Shown: in pieces, positions 61,759 to 64,000 of the stretch
Numbering within the stretch: the stretch's first letter is position 1
Layout of the letters: every line of letters begins with the position of its first letter
From: an uncultured Methylomirabilota bacterium
Lineage (GTDB): Bacteria > Methylomirabilota > Methylomirabilia > Methylomirabilales > 2-02-FULL-66-22
Direction: 5' to 3'
Assembly (NCBI GenBank): GCA_963845565.1
Contig: CAWJSJ010000002.1
Location: 480,001-544,000, forward strand
Length of the DNA: 64,000 nucleotides
The notes under the pieces: generated by a model
Database searches by the model: none
What the model saw: only the letters and a program-made list of their open reading frames with translations
Told to the model about the DNA's origin: nothing
Made by a program: the position numbers and the translations under genes

Positions 61759-61775
61759 TATACAGAACAATCTGC

Positions 61776-61804
61776 TTGACGCATTGACGCGGGCGGACTA
61801 TTGT
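61776..61804 (+). promoter_or_regulatory. Sigma70 promoter for arsR
   Basis: TTGACG-17 nt-TATTGT. Confidence 0.55.
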
Positions 61805-61855
61805 TTTGGGGTGGCGTCGGCCATGGCCTTTCCCTCACACAAGGAGATATGACCC

Positions 61856-62200
61856 ATGCCGCTCCGACAGCGCGTCGTCGAGGATGTGGCCCGACTTTTC
61901 GGGGTTCTCGCCCATCCCACCCGGTTGCGTATCTTGACTCTGCTGCACCAGGGGGCACAGGACGTCTCAAGTCTGCGCGATGCGCTCGGCGTTCCGGCGG
62001 CGAACGTCTCCCAGCACCTCGCCCTGCTCCGCTCTCACCATGTCGTCAGCATGCAGCGCAAGGGAACCCATATCTTCTACACGCTCCGCGACCCCCGGGT
62101 CGCCGACATCATCAACCGTTCTCTGGACATTCTGGACGACGACGCCTCCCAGGGGCGGGCGGTGCACAAGGCGATCGAACTGTTGCGGCTCAGAACGTGA
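61856..62200 (+). CDS. ArsR/SmtB family regulator
   Basis: F.VLAHPTRLRIL..L...VS.L......NVSQHLALLR....V...R.G...Y; AAGGAG RBS. Confidence 0.92.
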   Translation: MPLRQRVVEDVARLFGVLAHPTRLRILTLLHQGAQDVSSLRDALGVPAANVSQHLALLRSHHVVSMQRKGTHIFYTLRDPRVADIINRSLDILDDDASQGRAVHKAIELLRLRT

Positions 62201-62289
62201 CCGTCCCCGCCCAAAGGGCAGGGCTGTCGCGAACGGGGACGCTTTGGGCCGCATCAAGACAGCCCGGGCCAGGGGCCCTGGGGGTGAGC

Positions 62290-62690
62290 TTGGACCCGAT
62301 GAGTCAGGCAGTCGTCGGCGCCACGGCCGCCCAGGTCTTTCTGACCGACCGCTTGGGCAAGCAGGCGTTCGCGTGCGGCGCGGTGGGTGGGCTGCTGCCG
62401 GATTTGGACGTGCTCATCTGCTCCACCTCCGACCCGCTGCTGGCGGTCGAAATGCGCCGCTCGACGTGCTCACCTCCTACGGCACGCTGTGGCTGTGGCC
62501 GTTCAGTCGGGCGCGTCTCGAGCTCGACTGGATGGCAATCGTGGACCCGCTCTTCACCATTCCCTTGCTGATCCTGACGCTGATGGGGCGGGCGTGGTCG
62601 AAGCGGGGTCCCGCACTGCTCGCGGCGGCCTTCGCGCTCGCCTACGTCGCGCTCGGGGGCGCGCTCCACGCCGGCATTCGCGCGACAAGG
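62290..62690 (+). pseudogene. Membrane metal-dependent hydrolase (YdjM-like) remnant
   Basis: MDPMSQ..VGA...LPDLDV...DPL then frame change to LDVLTSYGT..LWPFS...IVDPLFT; HRGxTHS segment deleted; 3' end lost. Confidence 0.7.
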
Positions 62691-62708
62691 TCGGGTGTCG
62701 CGGGGCGG

Positions 62709-63686
62709 TCAGGTATGCGAGGATGGGGGCACGGGGCCGGGCGTTTTTCGGGTGATCCAGAGACTGGCGACCATCGACAGCGCCAGGACAATACCCACCA
62801 CCGAGAGCGCGAAACCCACGGGGATCTTGTAGATGTCGATCAGCAGCATCTTGATGCCGATGAACACCAAGATGAAGGCGATGCCGTACTTCAGGAGGTG
62901 GAAGCGGTCCGCGAGATCGACCAACATGAAGTAGAGGGCTCGCAGCCCCAGGACCGCGAACACGTTCGAGGTCAGCACGACGAAAGGATCGAGGGTCACC
63001 GCGAAGATCGCCGGAATGCTGTCCACGGCGAAGATCACGTCGGTGATGCCGATCATCGCCACCACCACGAAGAGCGGCGTGAACCAGCGCTGGCCATTCT
63101 GGACGATCGAGAATCGCTCGCCGTGATACTCGCTCGTGACGCGCAGATGCCCGCGTATCCACTTGAGGAGTGGATTGGAGTTTAAATCCGTTTCGGCCTC
63201 GGCGAACATCAGCATCTTCACGCCGGTGAACAGGAGGAACGCGCCGAACAGATAGAGGATCCAGTGGAACTTGGCGATCAGGATGGCGCCGATGAAGATC
63301 ATGATGCCGCGCAAGACGATCGCCCCGATCACGCCGATGATGAGCACGCGCCGCTGCATAGCCGGGGCCACGCCAAAGAACGTGAACAGCATCAGGAACA
63401 CGAAGAGGTTGTCGACGGCCAGCGCCTTTTCCAGCAGGTAGCCGGTGAAGAACTCTGCCGCGGTTTCGTTGGCCACCTCTCGCCCAAACCTGCCGTCGAG
63501 ATACCACCAGAGCGCAGCATTAAAGATCAGCGCCAGCGCGACCCACAGGATCGACCAGAGCAGTGCCTGGCGGAACGAGACCTGCTCGTCCTTCTTGCCG
63601 CCCAAGACCAGCAAGTCCACGACGACCGCCAGGCTCACCAGGAGCGCGAATCCTGCGTACCAGTACCAGGTGCCTACGGACTCCAT
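62709..63686 (-). CDS. Second TerC/Alx family protein
   Basis: EKALAVDNLFVF, QRRVL, DVIFAVDSIPAIF, TSNVFAVLGLRALYF. Confidence 0.93.
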   Translation of the reverse strand: MESVGTWYWYAGFALLVSLAVVVDLLVLGGKKDEQVSFRQALLWSILWVALALIFNAALWWYLDGRFGREVANETAAEFFTGYLLEKALAVDNLFVFLMLFTFFGVAPAMQRRVLIIGVIGAIVLRGIMIFIGAILIAKFHWILYLFGAFLLFTGVKMLMFAEAETDLNSNPLLKWIRGHLRVTSEYHGERFSIVQNGQRWFTPLFVVVAMIGITDVIFAVDSIPAIFAVTLDPFVVLTSNVFAVLGLRALYFMLVDLADRFHLLKYGIAFILVFIGIKMLLIDIYKIPVGFALSVVGIVLALSMVASLWITRKTPGPVPPSSHT

Positions 63687-63845
63687 GGCGTCTCCCCTCT
63701 ATACCGAGACACAGCGGTGAATCGATGCGTTTCGCGCGTCGGGCCTGGGCACTCGGAGAGCTCCCAGGCCGCACACGCAGTCGCGGCGGGACGGATCCGC
63801 GGGTCAAGCTTATCCCATTGGATGGATGAAAGGCAATCGCACGAA

Positions 63846-64000
63846 TCGCGACATCTAGAATGTTACCGAGAGATCCATCGTCGCGCCATTTGAGATGTTA
63901 CCCCCCCCAGGCAGCCATGGAAGGAGGGTAACGACCATGAGTCGACAAGGGAGATGGGAATACTTGAAAGCGATCTACCCGCGCTACCGGCCGTCCGGGC
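63846..64000 (+). mobile_element. Probable left end of an IS (ISNCY/integrase-core type) with transposase start at 63937
   Basis: Two direct repeats TCGCG.CAT.T...ATGTTACC (63846, 63881); AAGGAGG RBS; MSRQGRWEYLKAIYPRY resembles such transposase N-termini from memory. Confidence 0.55.

Noticed and set aside
63687..63845. Second yybP-ykoY riboswitch before the distal terC
   Set aside because: A hairpin (GGCCTGGG/CCCAGGCC) is present but the GGGGAGTAG and AGACC signatures are not.
1..64000. Assigning the window to a named phylum (Methylomirabilota/Rokubacteria was my impression)
   Set aside because: No rRNA or marker analysis is possible here; the impression rests only on remembered repeat and gene style.

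Overview
Very GC-rich bacterial DNA, probably from a metagenome assembly. (1) 1-11.5 kb: a partial GntR regulator, then two TRAP transporter sets (dctPQM x2) around three UroD/MtaA-fold proteins and a stand-alone corrinoid protein. (2) 11.8-27.3 kb: a minus-strand CODH/acetyl-CoA synthase cluster (Hcy-methyltransferase domain, cooC, MesB-like core methionine synthase, cooC, acsA, acsB apparently fused to acsD, acsC, RACo) with no acsE, plus a divergent PocR/AraC regulator, a DUF3786 protein and a Cys-rich protein. Its core (about 12.4-23.3 kb) is full of small indels, most likely consensus errors. The module lies between two copies of a 113-bp direct repeat (3' end of a dctM). (3) 28-32.4 kb: metabolic genes. 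(4) 32.5-42.3 kb: a complex I-like operon nuoA-C-D-H-J-K-L-M-N without nuoEFG. The nuoB and nuoI slots each hold a copy of the same 105-bp TAA-bounded palindromic element, and other junctions carry 7-8-bp-period repeats. (5) 42.5-54 kb: oxyanion transporters, a chrA remnant, and a PAS-PAS-LuxR regulator flanked by paralogous small 2-TM proteins. (6) 54-64 kb: a yybP-ykoY (Mn2+) riboswitch-led htpX-terC-P-type ATPase-yqhA-ftsH run, divergent ArsR, a second terC and the left end of an IS. I saw no rRNA, tRNA or CRISPR array. All calls come from reading motifs by eye; no searches were run.
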